Assembly (NCBI GenBank): GCA_039024555.1
Contig: JBCCQQ010000024.1
Span: forward strand, 1 to 64,000
From: Cyanobacteria bacterium P01_D01_bin.156
GTDB taxonomy: Bacteria > Cyanobacteriota > Cyanobacteriia > Phormidesmidales > Phormidesmidaceae
Reading direction: 5' to 3'
Length of the DNA stretch: 64,000 nucleotides
This document shows, piece by piece, positions 10,055-19,751 of the stretch. Position numbers and translations under genes: made by a program. Each line of letters starts with the position of its first letter. Position 1 is the stretch's first letter. Below the pieces are notes generated by a model. It was not told the DNA's origin, searched no databases, and saw nothing but the letters and a program-made list of their open reading frames with translations.

Positions 10055-12415
10055 TTAAGATTCAACTCTAGTCAATGTTGCCACCCTTGGATCAATAATC
10101 TTTTTGCCTAGGCCCGGAAACTTAATCGCCAGGCAGATCTTATTTCCAGCCCCAAAAATATGTGTAATGGTGCCTTCTCCAAAGGCCTGATGTACAACCT
10201 TTTCTCCCACGCCCCAATCGTCCTCATGAGCCCCTGGCTTTTGCACCTTCGGCTCAGGATTTTTTAGTTTTGCTTCGCGCTTTGGCGTTGCCTGAAACCT
10301 GGGCAATGCTGTCGCTGTATTGGCCAGAATGTGTTCCTCTGGCAGTTCTCCTAAAAACATGGACGGTGTGGCAATCTCTCGCATGTTTCCATACAGCCGT
10401 CGCTCTCTGGCATAGGTTAAAAATAACCGCTCCTGGGCTCGGGTAATACCCACATAGCACAGTCGCCGTTCTTCTTCGATGGCAGCCGCATCGTCCAAGG
10501 ACCGGAAGCTGGGAAACAGGCCCTGTTCCATACCTACTACAAACACCACCGGAAACTCTAATCCCTTAGATGAGTGTAAGGTCATCAACGAAACGGCATT
10601 GCGTTGCTTATCGTCATCCATGTCGGAGTTAAGGGCAGCACTGCCTAAAAACGTTAGCAATGTAGCATCTTCGTTCTCTTCTTCAAACTGGATAACCGCG
10701 TTATAAAGCTCCTGTACGTTCTGGATGCGGTCTAGGTCTTCGTCGGTGCCTTTATCTTTTAGGGCACGAATATAGCCAGAATCTTCGATTACTTCCTGTA
10801 CCAGTTCCGAGGGGGGCATGGTTTCCACCTTTTCTTGCCAGCCTTTAATCATGGAAGCAAAGCCAATGACTGATTTGCTGGCGCGACCGGCTAAAGTCTT
10901 TACTGAAGTCTCATCGGAGAGAATCTCCCATAGGGGCATGCCGAGCTCACCGGAGGCTTTTTCTAGGTTATCCATGGTGGTTTTGCCAATGCCACGGCGG
11001 GGGGTGTTGATGGCTCGCTTTAGGCTAACGGTATCGGCTGGGTTGGCGATTAGCCGTAGATAGGCCAACACATCCTTAATCTCACGACGGTCGTAGAACT
11101 TAAGGCCACCCACCACTTTGTGGGGCACGCTATACCGGGTGAGCACTTCTTCAAAAGAACGAGACTGGGCATTGGTGCGGTAGAGAATGGCAAAGTCTCC
11201 CCACTTTAACTCAGGATTCTGGTCCACGGAGATGCGAATTTGGCTAACTACATAGTCGGCTTCAGCTCGCTCATCATCGGATTTATAACAGAATATGGAT
11301 TCGCCAGTCCCGCGGGTGGCGCGTAGAATTTTGTCGATGCGCTCGGTGTTGTTTTCGATCAGATAGTTAGCGACTTCGAGAATGTTGGCGGTGGAGCGAT
11401 AGTTCTCTTCTAGCTTCACCATGGTGCGGGTGTCGTCATCCGGCAATCCATCGCCAAAGTCACTCTGAAAGTTCATCAGAATGGTGAAGTCGGCGGCGCG
11501 GAAGGAGTAAATGGACTGGTCGGCATCCCCGACCACAAAGACGGATCGCTGGTCCCAGTCGTTAAAGAATTCGGTCGTGGGCGTATTGTTGGTGGCCAAT
11601 AGCCGCAACAGATCGTACTGGGTGCGGTTAGTATCCTGGTATTCGTCGACTAAGATATGGCGAAAGCGGCGGTGCCAGTAGCCCAGTACCTGTTCATTTT
11701 GGTCAAACAGTAATACGGGAATGCGGATCAGGTCGTCAAAGTCGAGGGCGTTGTTTTGGGCCAGCCCTTTTTGATAGTGGCGATAGACATCGGCAATCAC
11801 CCGACCTTTAAAGTTGGGGTTTTCTTTTTCGTATTCGTCGGGGTCAAACCCCTGGTTTTTGGCATTGCTGATAGCGTAGCGGACAGAGCGGGGATTAAAC
11901 TTGCGATCGTCTAGGTTGAGAGTGGTGGTGACAATGGTTTTCACCAGGCTCTGGGCGTCGGATTCGTCAAAAATGCTAAAGGCTTTGGTCCAGCGGTGAC
12001 CGGCACGGCTTTGGTATTTTTCAATGTCAAACCGGAGGATACGAGAGCACAGGGCGTGGAAGGTGCCGATCCACAGATCTTTGATAAAGGTTTTGTAGAC
12101 GTGCGATCGCAGCTGGGTTTGTTCGTAGTCCGGCAGCAGATGCAGGGGCTGTCCATGGCGGGCCAAGGCTTCCTGCTCGGCAAACAGCTTTTCGATGCGC
12201 TCCTTCATTTCCTTGGCGGCCTTATTGGTAAAGGTAACCGCCAGAATATTTTCAGGATCGACACGGTGGTTAAGGATCAGGTTAGCAATGCGATAGGTGA
12301 GGGCGCGGGTTTTACCAGAACCGGCCCCAGCCACCACCAGCAACGGTCCACAGTAATGTTCGACGGCCTGACGTTGAGCGGCGTTGAGCTGACTGAGGAA
12401 ATCGGAGGTGGTCAT
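10055..12415 (-). CDS. pcrA: ATP-dependent DNA helicase PcrA/UvrD
   Basis: AGAGSGKT, LVDEYQDTN, VGDADQSIYSFR, LEENYRST, MTLHSSKGLEF, EEERRLCYVGITRA. Confidence 0.96.
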   Translation of the reverse strand: MTTSDFLSQLNAAQRQAVEHYCGPLLVVAGAGSGKTRALTYRIANLILNHRVDPENILAVTFTNKAAKEMKERIEKLFAEQEALARHGQPLHLLPDYEQTQLRSHVYKTFIKDLWIGTFHALCSRILRFDIEKYQSRAGHRWTKAFSIFDESDAQSLVKTIVTTTLNLDDRKFNPRSVRYAISNAKNQGFDPDEYEKENPNFKGRVIADVYRHYQKGLAQNNALDFDDLIRIPVLLFDQNEQVLGYWHRRFRHILVDEYQDTNRTQYDLLRLLATNNTPTTEFFNDWDQRSVFVVGDADQSIYSFRAADFTILMNFQSDFGDGLPDDDTRTMVKLEENYRSTANILEVANYLIENNTERIDKILRATRGTGESIFCYKSDDERAEADYVVSQIRISVDQNPELKWGDFAILYRTNAQSRSFEEVLTRYSVPHKVVGGLKFYDRREIKDVLAYLRLIANPADTVSLKRAINTPRRGIGKTTMDNLEKASGELGMPLWEILSDETSVKTLAGRASKSVIGFASMIKGWQEKVETMPPSELVQEVIEDSGYIRALKDKGTDEDLDRIQNVQELYNAVIQFEEENEDATLLTFLGSAALNSDMDDDKQRNAVSLMTLHSSKGLEFPVVFVVGMEQGLFPSFRSLDDAAAIEEERRLCYVGITRAQERLFLTYARERRLYGNMREIATPSMFLGELPEEHILANTATALPRFQATPKREAKLKNPEPKVQKPGAHEDDWGVGEKVVHQAFGEGTITHIFGAGNKICLAIKFPGLGKKIIDPRVATLTRVES

Positions 12416-12484
12416 TAGATGGCGGGGGGAAGACGTTAGATCCAGTAATCTAATGTAGCGGATAGATCGGGTACAGAAGCGAAC

Positions 12485-13306
12485 ATGAGTATTAAAGTGT
12501 CGGTCATTGGCTGTGGCTACGTGGGTAAGGAAGTGGCTCGACGTTGGCAGCAGCAGGGGCTGACGGTGACGGCCACGACTACCAGCCTCGACCGCATCGA
12601 TGAGCTACAGACCGTGGCCGATCGGGTACTTGTGGTAAAAGGTAGCGATCCGGGCGCTGTACAGGACTGCCTAATGGACCAGGATGTGGTGTTGGTATGT
12701 GTGGGTTCAAAGCGAGGGACAAGCTACGGAGAAACCTATCTGGGCACGGCGAAAACCTTGGCGGAGGTGCTGCCCAACACCCAGGTGCAGCAGCTAATCT
12801 ATACGAGCACCTATTCGGTCTACGGTCAGCACCACGGGGCTGTAGTCACCGAGGACACGCCTGTAAATCCGGCGACGGCCAATGGGGAAGTTATTGCCGA
12901 GACGGAGCAAACGCTGCTGGGGCTGTCTGGGTTAAAGGTGTGTGTTTTACGGCTGGGGGGCATCTATGGCCCGGAGCGTACCTTGGCTAGAATCTACAGT
13001 CGGGCGGCGGGGCAAACCCGCCCCGGGGCCGGAGCTGAATGGGCCAACTGGATTCACCGTAGCGATATTGTGGGAGCGATTGAGTTTGTAAGAGCCCAAA
13101 AGCTTTCAGGAATTTATAACCTGGTGCAGGATGAGATTCCTAAGGTGCATGAGCTGATTGCGGCAGTATGCGATCGCAACAACTTGACTCCCGTCCAGTG
13201 GGACCCATCTCAACCCAGCGCTAGACTCTACAACGCCAAAGTCTCCAACGCTAAAATCAAAGCCGCAGGCTACCAGTTTGTTCATCCTCAATTCTTTGAA
13301 AATTAG
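12485..13306 (+). CDS. NAD-dependent epimerase/dehydratase (atypical SDR, YeeZ-like)
   Basis: GCGYVG Rossmann motif, YTSTYSVYG, LRLGGIYGP, NWIHRSD. Confidence 0.85.
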   Translation: MSIKVSVIGCGYVGKEVARRWQQQGLTVTATTTSLDRIDELQTVADRVLVVKGSDPGAVQDCLMDQDVVLVCVGSKRGTSYGETYLGTAKTLAEVLPNTQVQQLIYTSTYSVYGQHHGAVVTEDTPVNPATANGEVIAETEQTLLGLSGLKVCVLRLGGIYGPERTLARIYSRAAGQTRPGAGAEWANWIHRSDIVGAIEFVRAQKLSGIYNLVQDEIPKVHELIAAVCDRNNLTPVQWDPSQPSARLYNAKVSNAKIKAAGYQFVHPQFFEN

Positions 13307-13508
13307 CGTAGTATTGAGCGAATTTTAGAGGCTACTGTTGCTGATTTGGAGGAATGACGCGAGCATCTACGATTTTCTCTATGCCAAGGTATTTAGATAA
13401 AAATCATGGCGAAAATCGACCCCATCTAGATTTTTGTTTCTCTTTTCATCCTGACCTAGCCGTTCTCAAAAGAGACAACTACTATTAGGTGTTGCTTTGC
13501 GATCAGCC

Positions 13509-15533
13509 ATGGTTCCCACACTGCCCCAAAACGACCCCACCCTTACCAACCGTAAGGGCCTTACTAACCGTAAGGGCCTTACCAACCGTAAGGATGCGTT
13601 AACCGAGCAGCGCCAACAGTATCAATACAACCGCACCAAATTAAAGGGGTTGGCCATGGCGGATAAAGTCCCTAGCAAGGACCAGTCCTTTGGCAAATTT
13701 GAGTGGACTCAAGACGCTGTTTCCCTACTGCTCAGGGTGAGTATGAACCAGCGGCTGCAAGATATTAATGAACAGGGCATACAGCTGTTTGCAGCCATCC
13801 GCCTCCTGAGTAGCATTTGGTTGTACAACCTGCTTAACGACCCGCGTAAAGCAAACTTTCTTCAGCGGTTACTCACTCGACTACAGTTTTTTATCCAACG
13901 GCAGTTGCAAAAAGCCGATACACCCCCAAAAGGTTCCAATAGCCTGATTGAGGGGCTAGAAGAAGATACGAAATTTATCGCTAAAAGCGTTACCGAGCTA
14001 GCTAAGCTGATCACGGCTAAACATGACCACGATGTGGATACGACCGCTAGCGTAGAGCTAGGGGAGAGTTTGCAGGACTACAAAACGTATTTCAAACCCT
14101 ACAACGATCTATTCCAGCTTATTTATCTGCCCACCATTAGCGATCGCTTTTACGAAGATAAAGCCTTTGCGGCTCAACGGGTAGCCGGTGCCAATCCCCT
14201 CGTTATTGAAAAAGTTACCCAGCTACCGGACCATTTCCCCGTTTCAGATACCCAATACAGGGCGGTAATGGGAAGTAACGACTCGCTAGAAAAAGCAGGC
14301 CAGGAGGGACGGCTGTATCTGGCCGACTACGAAATTCTCGAAGGGGTGAAAACAGGATTAGTGGATGACGATCCGCAACGGCCCAAATATCTCTGGGCAC
14401 CGTTGGCCCTGTTTGCAGTGCCTGTCAGCGGTTCACCCTCTTTACAACCCGTGGCTATCCAGTGCGATCGCACGCCCAATGCGCCTATTTTTACCCCGCC
14501 ACCCCCAGGCACCCCCCAGCCTAACAAGTGGGCCTGGCTCATGGCTAAAACCATTGTGCAAATTGCCGATGGGAATTATCACGAACTGATTTCCCATCTG
14601 GGTCGCACCCATCTCCTAATCGAAGCGTTTATCCTGGCCACCTACCAACAGCTGGCCCCTGACCATCCCCTGAATGTACTGCTCACCCCCCACTTTGAAG
14701 GCACCCTGTTTATTAATGAATTGGCCCTGCGCGGTTTAATCAATCCTGGCGGTACCGTAGACCAGGTACTAGGGGGTACCCTCCAGGAATCGCTGCGGCT
14801 CTCGGCAGAAGGTGTCAAGGGCTATCCCTTTAGCGTGAATGAGTCAATGGTGCCCAAAACCTTTGCTAAGCGTGGGGTGGATAACCCTGACCAGCTGCCG
14901 GACTATCCCTATCGCGATGATGCACTACTCATTTGGGATGCCATTCATCAGTGGGTGACGGCCTACGTGGGACTCTACTATGGCAGCGATGACGATGTCC
15001 GCCAGGACCCAGAGCTGCAAAACTGGCTGGGGGATCTGCTGGCTCCTGACAAAGGGGGGCTAACCGACATTGGTGAATCCATCGCTGGTCAAGATACCCC
15101 GGGAATCTATACCTGTGGGTACCTGGCAGAGCTCCTGACCCTGATAATCTTTACCGGCAGTGCCCAACACGCTGCCGTCAATTTTCCCCAGTCGGAGTTT
15201 ATGACCTATGGTTTGAATATGCCCTTGGCAGGCTATGGCACAGCCCCTAAGTCTGCTGATAAAGCCACGGTGAAAGATTACTTTGAACTGCTGCCGTCCT
15301 TAGAACAGGCGGAAGTGCAAATGAACATGACCTATCCTTTAGGGTCTCTTTACTACACGCGTCTTGGAGACTACGGTAACTACTTTACAGATGACCGGGT
15401 CAAGGCTCCCTTAGCAGCATTCCAAAAATCTTTAAAAGATATTGAAGTAAAAATCGATGATAGGAATGCCACTCGACCAACCCGATACAACTATCTACAC
15501 CCGGCGAATATTCCCCAGAGCATCAATATCTGA
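13509..15533 (+). CDS. Lipoxygenase
   Basis: FAAQRVAGANP, WLMAK, YHELISHLGRTHL, QHAAVNFPQ, C-terminal QSINI; likely start MVPTLPQNDP. Confidence 0.93.
   Translation: MVPTLPQNDPTLTNRKGLTNRKGLTNRKDALTEQRQQYQYNRTKLKGLAMADKVPSKDQSFGKFEWTQDAVSLLLRVSMNQRLQDINEQGIQLFAAIRLLSSIWLYNLLNDPRKANFLQRLLTRLQFFIQRQLQKADTPPKGSNSLIEGLEEDTKFIAKSVTELAKLITAKHDHDVDTTASVELGESLQDYKTYFKPYNDLFQLIYLPTISDRFYEDKAFAAQRVAGANPLVIEKVTQLPDHFPVSDTQYRAVMGSNDSLEKAGQEGRLYLADYEILEGVKTGLVDDDPQRPKYLWAPLALFAVPVSGSPSLQPVAIQCDRTPNAPIFTPPPPGTPQPNKWAWLMAKTIVQIADGNYHELISHLGRTHLLIEAFILATYQQLAPDHPLNVLLTPHFEGTLFINELALRGLINPGGTVDQVLGGTLQESLRLSAEGVKGYPFSVNESMVPKTFAKRGVDNPDQLPDYPYRDDALLIWDAIHQWVTAYVGLYYGSDDDVRQDPELQNWLGDLLAPDKGGLTDIGESIAGQDTPGIYTCGYLAELLTLIIFTGSAQHAAVNFPQSEFMTYGLNMPLAGYGTAPKSADKATVKDYFELLPSLEQAEVQMNMTYPLGSLYYTRLGDYGNYFTDDRVKAPLAAFQKSLKDIEVKIDDRNATRPTRYNYLHPANIPQSINI
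13541..13594 (+). repeat. 3 x 18-bp in-frame tandem repeat (LTNRKG) in the lipoxygenase N-terminus
   Basis: CCTTACCAACCGTAAGGG / CCTTACTAACCGTAAGGG / CCTTACCAACCGTAAGGA. Confidence 0.9.
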
Positions 15534-15539
15534 TCGCCG

Positions 15540-16067
15540 CTATTGCACATTCACATTGAGCACTGAATCATCCTGAGGGCCTAAAATCACCTCTAGGGGG
15601 CGCTGGTTACTGCGAGCCTTAACCACCTGACGATATACGTCGTAGCTGGCGGGCAAGGTTTTCTGCTGCCCGGACTGATCCATGGTCATGGTGTAGTCCA
15701 CAGACTTAATCAGCTCAGGGTTCTCGGACTTTTCATTGTCTTCCTGGCGGGACTCAATATCATCCACCGTCGGCTCCGGGGGCAGGGCGGGCCACCACAG
15801 CCCTTCGCTGTCTGGTCCGGTCACCGCCAAGCCAGGCCGCACGCCGTCTTGATTAGCTAGGGATACGGAGGCAAACTTCTCAATCCGGGTATCGTTGGGG
15901 CGATCGCGACTGTCATCGCGGTTGTAACGCACCTGCCAGGTGTAAGTGACCGTGGCCGTAGCGCTATAGTCGCTAGTCACAAAGTTGGTAGTCACCGGCT
16001 CACAGCCTGCGATCGCAACCACAGTCCCCAGCAATACACCGCCTAAACCGTATCCAGTAAGCTTCAT
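15540..16067 (-). CDS. Hypothetical lipoprotein
   Basis: Signal peptide with lipobox IAGC. Confidence 0.7.
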   Translation of the reverse strand: MKLTGYGLGGVLLGTVVAIAGCEPVTTNFVTSDYSATATVTYTWQVRYNRDDSRDRPNDTRIEKFASVSLANQDGVRPGLAVTGPDSEGLWWPALPPEPTVDDIESRQEDNEKSENPELIKSVDYTMTMDQSGQQKTLPASYDVYRQVVKARSNQRPLEVILGPQDDSVLNVNVQ

Positions 16068-16228
16068 CAATTCTCTTTAAGCAACAGATAGAACCATATC
16101 GTGGCTGCCCTTTTCCATCAGCCCCAATGTGCCGCTTATTCTACCAAGCTAGACAAGTCTGCTATCTTGGCTAGCAGTGGCTAGCAGCTACACGGGATGG
16201 CCAAGAGCCGATAACAAGTGTCGTATTT

Positions 16229-16534
16229 ATGTTGATCAAACCCTCCACGCTGGGATGGCTAGTAGGTGTGCTCATCACCAGCAGCCTGGTGTTTATGCCA
16301 GTGGCCCAAGCCGCCCCCCTATGCCGCACCGTGGCCAATCACCAGATCTGCATTCTGAAAATCACCCGTAGTGCTAAGCACTATTGGGAATATCGCGCCA
16401 TCGTCAAAATCGATCAGCAGCGACGTCCCATGGGACGCTACAACTGCCGCACCGGTAGCTACCTCAACCGCCAGGGCAAATCCACCCCTAAGGACCTTGG
16501 CACCCAGGTGATTTGCTCATTTTTCAAGCAGTAA
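16229..16534 (+). CDS. Small secreted hypothetical protein
   Basis: Signal peptide ending AQA; four Cys; RSAKHYWEYRA motif. Confidence 0.65.
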   Translation: MLIKPSTLGWLVGVLITSSLVFMPVAQAAPLCRTVANHQICILKITRSAKHYWEYRAIVKIDQQRRPMGRYNCRTGSYLNRQGKSTPKDLGTQVICSFFKQ

Positions 16535-16783
16535 GCCCCATTTCAAACAGGCAGTGTCCCCGCACCATAGTAGAATCGATACAATTTGTTAAGCAGCTCT
16601 AATAAACATTAAGTGACTGTATTCCCTGGAGGGAGGTGGTCTGGCGCATTCCAGACAACGTCGCCCGGCTGGAATGCATTTTTTGGTGCTGCAGTAGCTG
16701 GACATTGTGTTCTGCCCAATCGGGCGTTTTTAACGGGGCACGCTGTCACAGCAGTTATGTTAATTCTAAGGGCAGAAAAGTCT

Positions 16784-17833
16784 ATGACCGCAACACTGGA
16801 TAGGGCATCCGCCAATAAATTTTCAACTGGGCCAATGGCCGATGTAACGCTTCGGGATGTAATTCGGAGCATTCCTAAGGATTGTTTTGAGAAAAATTCC
16901 CGTAAAGCCTGGCAAAAAGTGGCTCTCAGTATTGTCATGGCGGTTTTAGGGTACGTTGCGATCGCCCTATCCCCGTGGTTTTTACTGCCGTTTGCTTGGT
17001 TTTTTGCCGGTACAGCCCTCACTGGCTGGTTTGTCATTGGCCACGACTGCGGGCACCGGTCCTTTTCCAACAGCCGTTTGGTAAACAATATCGTTGGTCA
17101 CATTGCCTTTTTGCCCCTGATCTATCCCTTTCATCCGTGGCGACTGCTCCATGACCACCACCATCGCCATACCAATAAGCAGGAAGTGGATAATGCCTGG
17201 CATCCTTGGTATGTAGAGGCTTTCCAGTCCAACGGTAAGGTTTTGCAAACTGCCTACTGGCTGATGCGCGGTCGTCTGTGGTGGTTAGCTTCGATTATTC
17301 ACTGGGCTGGCATTCACTTTAACCTCAACAACTTTGACCAGCGCGATAAGGACAAAGCCAAGTTTTCCATTGCCGTGGTTGCCATCTTTGCAGCCATTGT
17401 CTTTCCTACAATGATTGCCACCATTGGCGTCTGGGGCTGGGTCAAGTTTTGGCTAATGCCGTGGCTGGGCTATCACTTCTGGATGAGCACCTTTACCTTG
17501 GTACACCATACGGCTCCTGATATTCAGTTTCGTCCCCAGGCTACCTGGAATGAAGTGGAATCCCAGCTAGCGGGTACTGTGCACTGTGACTATCCCAAGT
17601 GGATTGAGGCGCTGTGCCACGACATTAATGTCCATGTCCCCCACCATATCTCCACTGGTATTCCCTCCTACAATCTGCGCAAAGCCCACCAAAGCCTTAA
17701 GGAAACCTGGGGCGATCGGGTGCGTATCCGTGAGGAGAAGTTTACTTGGCAGTTTATGCGTGGCATTGTCGATCACTGTCATCTCTACCATTCAGAAACG
17801 GCCTACATTCCCTTTCATGCCCTACGTAAGTAG
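16784..17833 (+). CDS. desA: Delta-12 (omega-6) acyl-lipid desaturase
   Basis: His boxes GHDCGH, HDHHHRHTN, HVPHH; WLGYHFWMSTFTLVHHT; likely start MTATLD at 16784. Confidence 0.88.
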   Translation: MTATLDRASANKFSTGPMADVTLRDVIRSIPKDCFEKNSRKAWQKVALSIVMAVLGYVAIALSPWFLLPFAWFFAGTALTGWFVIGHDCGHRSFSNSRLVNNIVGHIAFLPLIYPFHPWRLLHDHHHRHTNKQEVDNAWHPWYVEAFQSNGKVLQTAYWLMRGRLWWLASIIHWAGIHFNLNNFDQRDKDKAKFSIAVVAIFAAIVFPTMIATIGVWGWVKFWLMPWLGYHFWMSTFTLVHHTAPDIQFRPQATWNEVESQLAGTVHCDYPKWIEALCHDINVHVPHHISTGIPSYNLRKAHQSLKETWGDRVRIREEKFTWQFMRGIVDHCHLYHSETAYIPFHALRK

Positions 17834-17885
17834 TCAGTTTGCCGTGTAACAGCCGATTTTCATCGGTGATTAAGATTAGTAGGTT

Positions 17886-17921
17886 TAAAGAGGGTTCTGG
17901 TAATTACCAGAACCCTCTTTA
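17886..17921 (+). terminator. Perfect 36-bp palindrome after desA; probable intrinsic terminator
   Basis: TAAAGAGGGTTCTGGTAATTACCAGAACCCTCTTTA equals its own reverse complement. Confidence 0.75.
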
Positions 17922-18300
17922 GTCTTTGCCTGGTGGTTCAGCTGACCACGATCGCCACCATCAGCAAAACAAAGCTCTGAGAAAAATGAAACTTGTGTGT
18001 AGGCCTCTGGGAAAGCCGTAACAATAGACAGTTTGTAAACTGTCTACGCCAAAATACTGATAGATACTTTTTTTACAGCTACCATACGTAGAAAAGTGCC
18101 GAAACCCTTTATGTTTTCTAGGAAAAGTGGATAGGCTAAACACGTAAACTACCCGAACTTAAAGCTGCCTCTCAGTAGAATTACGTCCATACTGAGAAAA
18201 GGTATGTTCAATTTATCCGTAAAGATCTAGTTAAATCGGCTGATGATAATTCTCCTTCGGTCAAGGAATATTAAACCAGTTGTTCCCTGACTACGTACGC

Positions 18301-18495
18301 ATGTGGATAATAAGTACGATTTTAGAAAAAGGCGATATCGAAGAGGCGATTGCTAAGGCCCTAGCGATGAAAGCTCAGCGTCCTAGCTATCTTCCTCCCC
18401 AGGGGTTTCTACTATCCATACTTAATCGTATTGGTAATCATTCACCGTCAGAAGTTACAGGAGTGGTGGATGTACCGGTAATTGACCGTAGCTAA
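18301..18495 (+). CDS. Possible small hypothetical protein (64 aa)
   Basis: ATG-initiated ORF in a long intergenic region, followed by a strong hairpin; no recognisable motif. Confidence 0.35.
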   Translation: MWIISTILEKGDIEEAIAKALAMKAQRPSYLPPQGFLLSILNRIGNHSPSEVTGVVDVPVIDRS

Positions 18496-18553
18496 GGGCA
18501 CGATGGACGTCTAGCTGTCTTTAGTTAAGGGTGTTAAACCAGCCAGCTTTCTT

Positions 18554-18585
18554 TCCCCTGTGTTCTGTCGAGCACAGGGGATTTT
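18554..18585 (+). terminator. Intrinsic terminator-like hairpin
   Basis: TCCCCTGTGTTC-tgtc-GAGCACAGGGGA followed by TTTT. Confidence 0.6.
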
Positions 18586-18804
18586 GCTGTTACTGATTTA
18601 GGGGATGAAACAATCTGTAGAACTTGCCAGTTGGCTAAAGTTGACAGATAAAATTCTCCCGAGGATCGGCAACGTCAGGATTTTCATTGAAATCTGTTAG
18701 CAAACTAGGACACTGCATTTCACCGTGTTATCAATTTCCAGAATTGGGTGAAAATTGTTGGTCAGAGGGGAACATTTGATGCAGACGACCTCTTTACTAT
18801 TTTC

Positions 18805-19662
18805 ATGAGTCAGCCGGTTCTGCCGAAGTCTACCCCCTCCGAATATAAACGTCTATTTCGCGTTGCGGTACTAACCTCCACAGCTGCCGGAATGTTAGAA
18901 CGGCAGCGGGCTCGACTCCGTGAGCGAGTGGAAATTCTAGGGGTGGAAATTGATAATCTCTCCCAGCGGCAGTTTTTAGCAGAACTTACCAAGGGAGTTA
19001 TCTTCACCCCCAATGTGGATCACTTGATGAAGCTGCAGGAAAATACGGAGTTTCAGGAAGCTTACCGACAGGCTGACTATAAGATATGCGATAGTCAAAT
19101 TTTGATGTATGCGTCCAAGCTATTGGGCAAGCCATTAAAAGAGAAAATATCGGGTTCTGATTTGCTGCCCCTGTTCTGCGACTATCACAAAGATAATCCA
19201 GACATTACTATATTTTTGCTTGGAGGGGCAGAAGGCGTTGCCAAGCGAGCTCAAATTAATATTAATGAGAAGGCCGGACGAGAGATTGTAATCGCGGCCC
19301 ATTCTCCATCCTTTGGCTTTGAAAAAAGTGAAGCAGAATGTCAGGCCATCATTGATATTGTCAATGCCTCTCAAGCTACGGTCTTAGCAGTGGGGGTGGG
19401 TGCCCCCAAACAGGAACTATGGATTGCTAAGTACCGCAGTCAGATGCCAGGGGTAAAAATCTTTATGGCGGTGGGTGCGGCCCTGGATTTTGAGGCGGGC
19501 AACAAACCCAGAGCACCAAAGTTTTGGAGCGATTTGGGTCTAGAGTGGATGTACCGACTGCTGTCTGAGCCCAAACGTTTGTGGAAACGCTATCTGCTTG
19601 ATGATTTACCCTTTTTCAAGTTGTTGCTGCAGGAAAAATTTAAACAGGGTTCGAATAAGTAG
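18805..19662 (+). CDS. WecB/TagA/CpsF family glycosyltransferase
   Basis: FTPNVDHL, ISGSDL, VGVGAPKQELWI, VGAALDFEAG..RAP, GLEWMYRLLSEPKRLWKRY; start uncertain. Confidence 0.92.
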   Translation: MSQPVLPKSTPSEYKRLFRVAVLTSTAAGMLERQRARLRERVEILGVEIDNLSQRQFLAELTKGVIFTPNVDHLMKLQENTEFQEAYRQADYKICDSQILMYASKLLGKPLKEKISGSDLLPLFCDYHKDNPDITIFLLGGAEGVAKRAQININEKAGREIVIAAHSPSFGFEKSEAECQAIIDIVNASQATVLAVGVGAPKQELWIAKYRSQMPGVKIFMAVGAALDFEAGNKPRAPKFWSDLGLEWMYRLLSEPKRLWKRYLLDDLPFFKLLLQEKFKQGSNK

Positions 19663-19751
19663 GGGGTTTACTCGTATTTGACCGGTGGCCCCATAAGCAG
19701 AATTGATTTAAATCTTGCATACTAGTCAGGGAATCAATCCTTGATGGTCAA

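Noticed and set aside
13541..13594. Possible CRISPR array
   Set aside because: Units are contiguous with no spacers and are in frame within a CDS; no cas genes in the window.
16609..17088. 159-aa ORF antisense to desA, and similar short overlapping ORFs in the track
   Set aside because: Shadow ORFs of well-supported genes with no recognisable motifs.
18030..18235. Recurring CGTA(A/G)A..TAC-like motifs in the long intergenic region
   Set aside because: Too degenerate to distinguish from chance by eye.
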